Assembly (NCBI GenBank): GCA_013239625.1
Contig: MU054187.1
Coordinates: 2,179,757 to 2,243,756 of the forward strand
Length of the DNA stretch: 64,000 bases
Reading direction: 5' to 3'
From: Lama guanicoe
Lineage: Eukaryota
Shown: positions 63,901-64,000 of the stretch, piece by piece
How positions within the stretch are numbered: position 1 is the first letter of the stretch
Layout of the letters: each line of letters starts with the position of its first letter
Made by a program: the position numbers and the translations under genes
Notes under the pieces: generated by a model
Seen by the model: the letters and a program-made list of their open reading frames with translations, nothing else
Database searches by the model: none
What the model was told of the DNA's origin: nothing

Positions 63901-64000
63901 CCGCGCACAGCCGCCCTCCGATGGTCCCCGGCCTTCCCCGCCACCCGAGCCGCCGAGCCGCCGTGCGGCTCAGATGGAGTGGTCGGGAAGGGCGTGCTCG

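Larger units (their letters stand above)
62880..64000. promoter_or_regulatory. CpG island / OPRK1 promoter region
   Basis: Very GC- and CpG-rich, with GC-box-like GGGCGG motifs (e.g. near 63868-63880); covers exon 1 and the first coding exon. Confidence 0.85.

Noticed and set aside
1..64000. CRISPR arrays, operons or other prokaryotic systems
   Set aside because: The sequence is mammalian (spliced GPCR gene, L1/SINE/LTR content); I saw no regularly spaced repeat-spacer array.

Overview
Mammalian genomic DNA, probably camelid (inferred from the tRNA-derived SINE family). The one clearly intact gene is the kappa-opioid receptor OPRK1 on the minus strand. It has a non-coding exon 1 in a CpG island at the right edge and three coding exons (63216-62960, 50135-49783, 44784-44252; 257+353+533 = 1143 nt, 380 aa). 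Its stop codon lies in the UGA-CUAG readthrough context and is followed by an intact 28-codon in-frame extension ending -TTAV. The left ~41 kb is intergenic and repeat-rich (L1, L2, MIR, solo LTRs, hAT DNA transposons, SINEs). It contains a 1.8-kb processed pseudogene of unidentified parent inserted into an L1 3' end, a 247-bp local duplication spanning an L1/LTR junction, and GC-shifted patches inside old repeats. It also contains a chain of plus-strand segments bounded by splice sites and coding for coiled-coil-like peptides, which may be the remains of a decayed multi-exon gene facing OPRK1 (tentative). Repeat family names come from my recall of consensus sequences, not from a database search.
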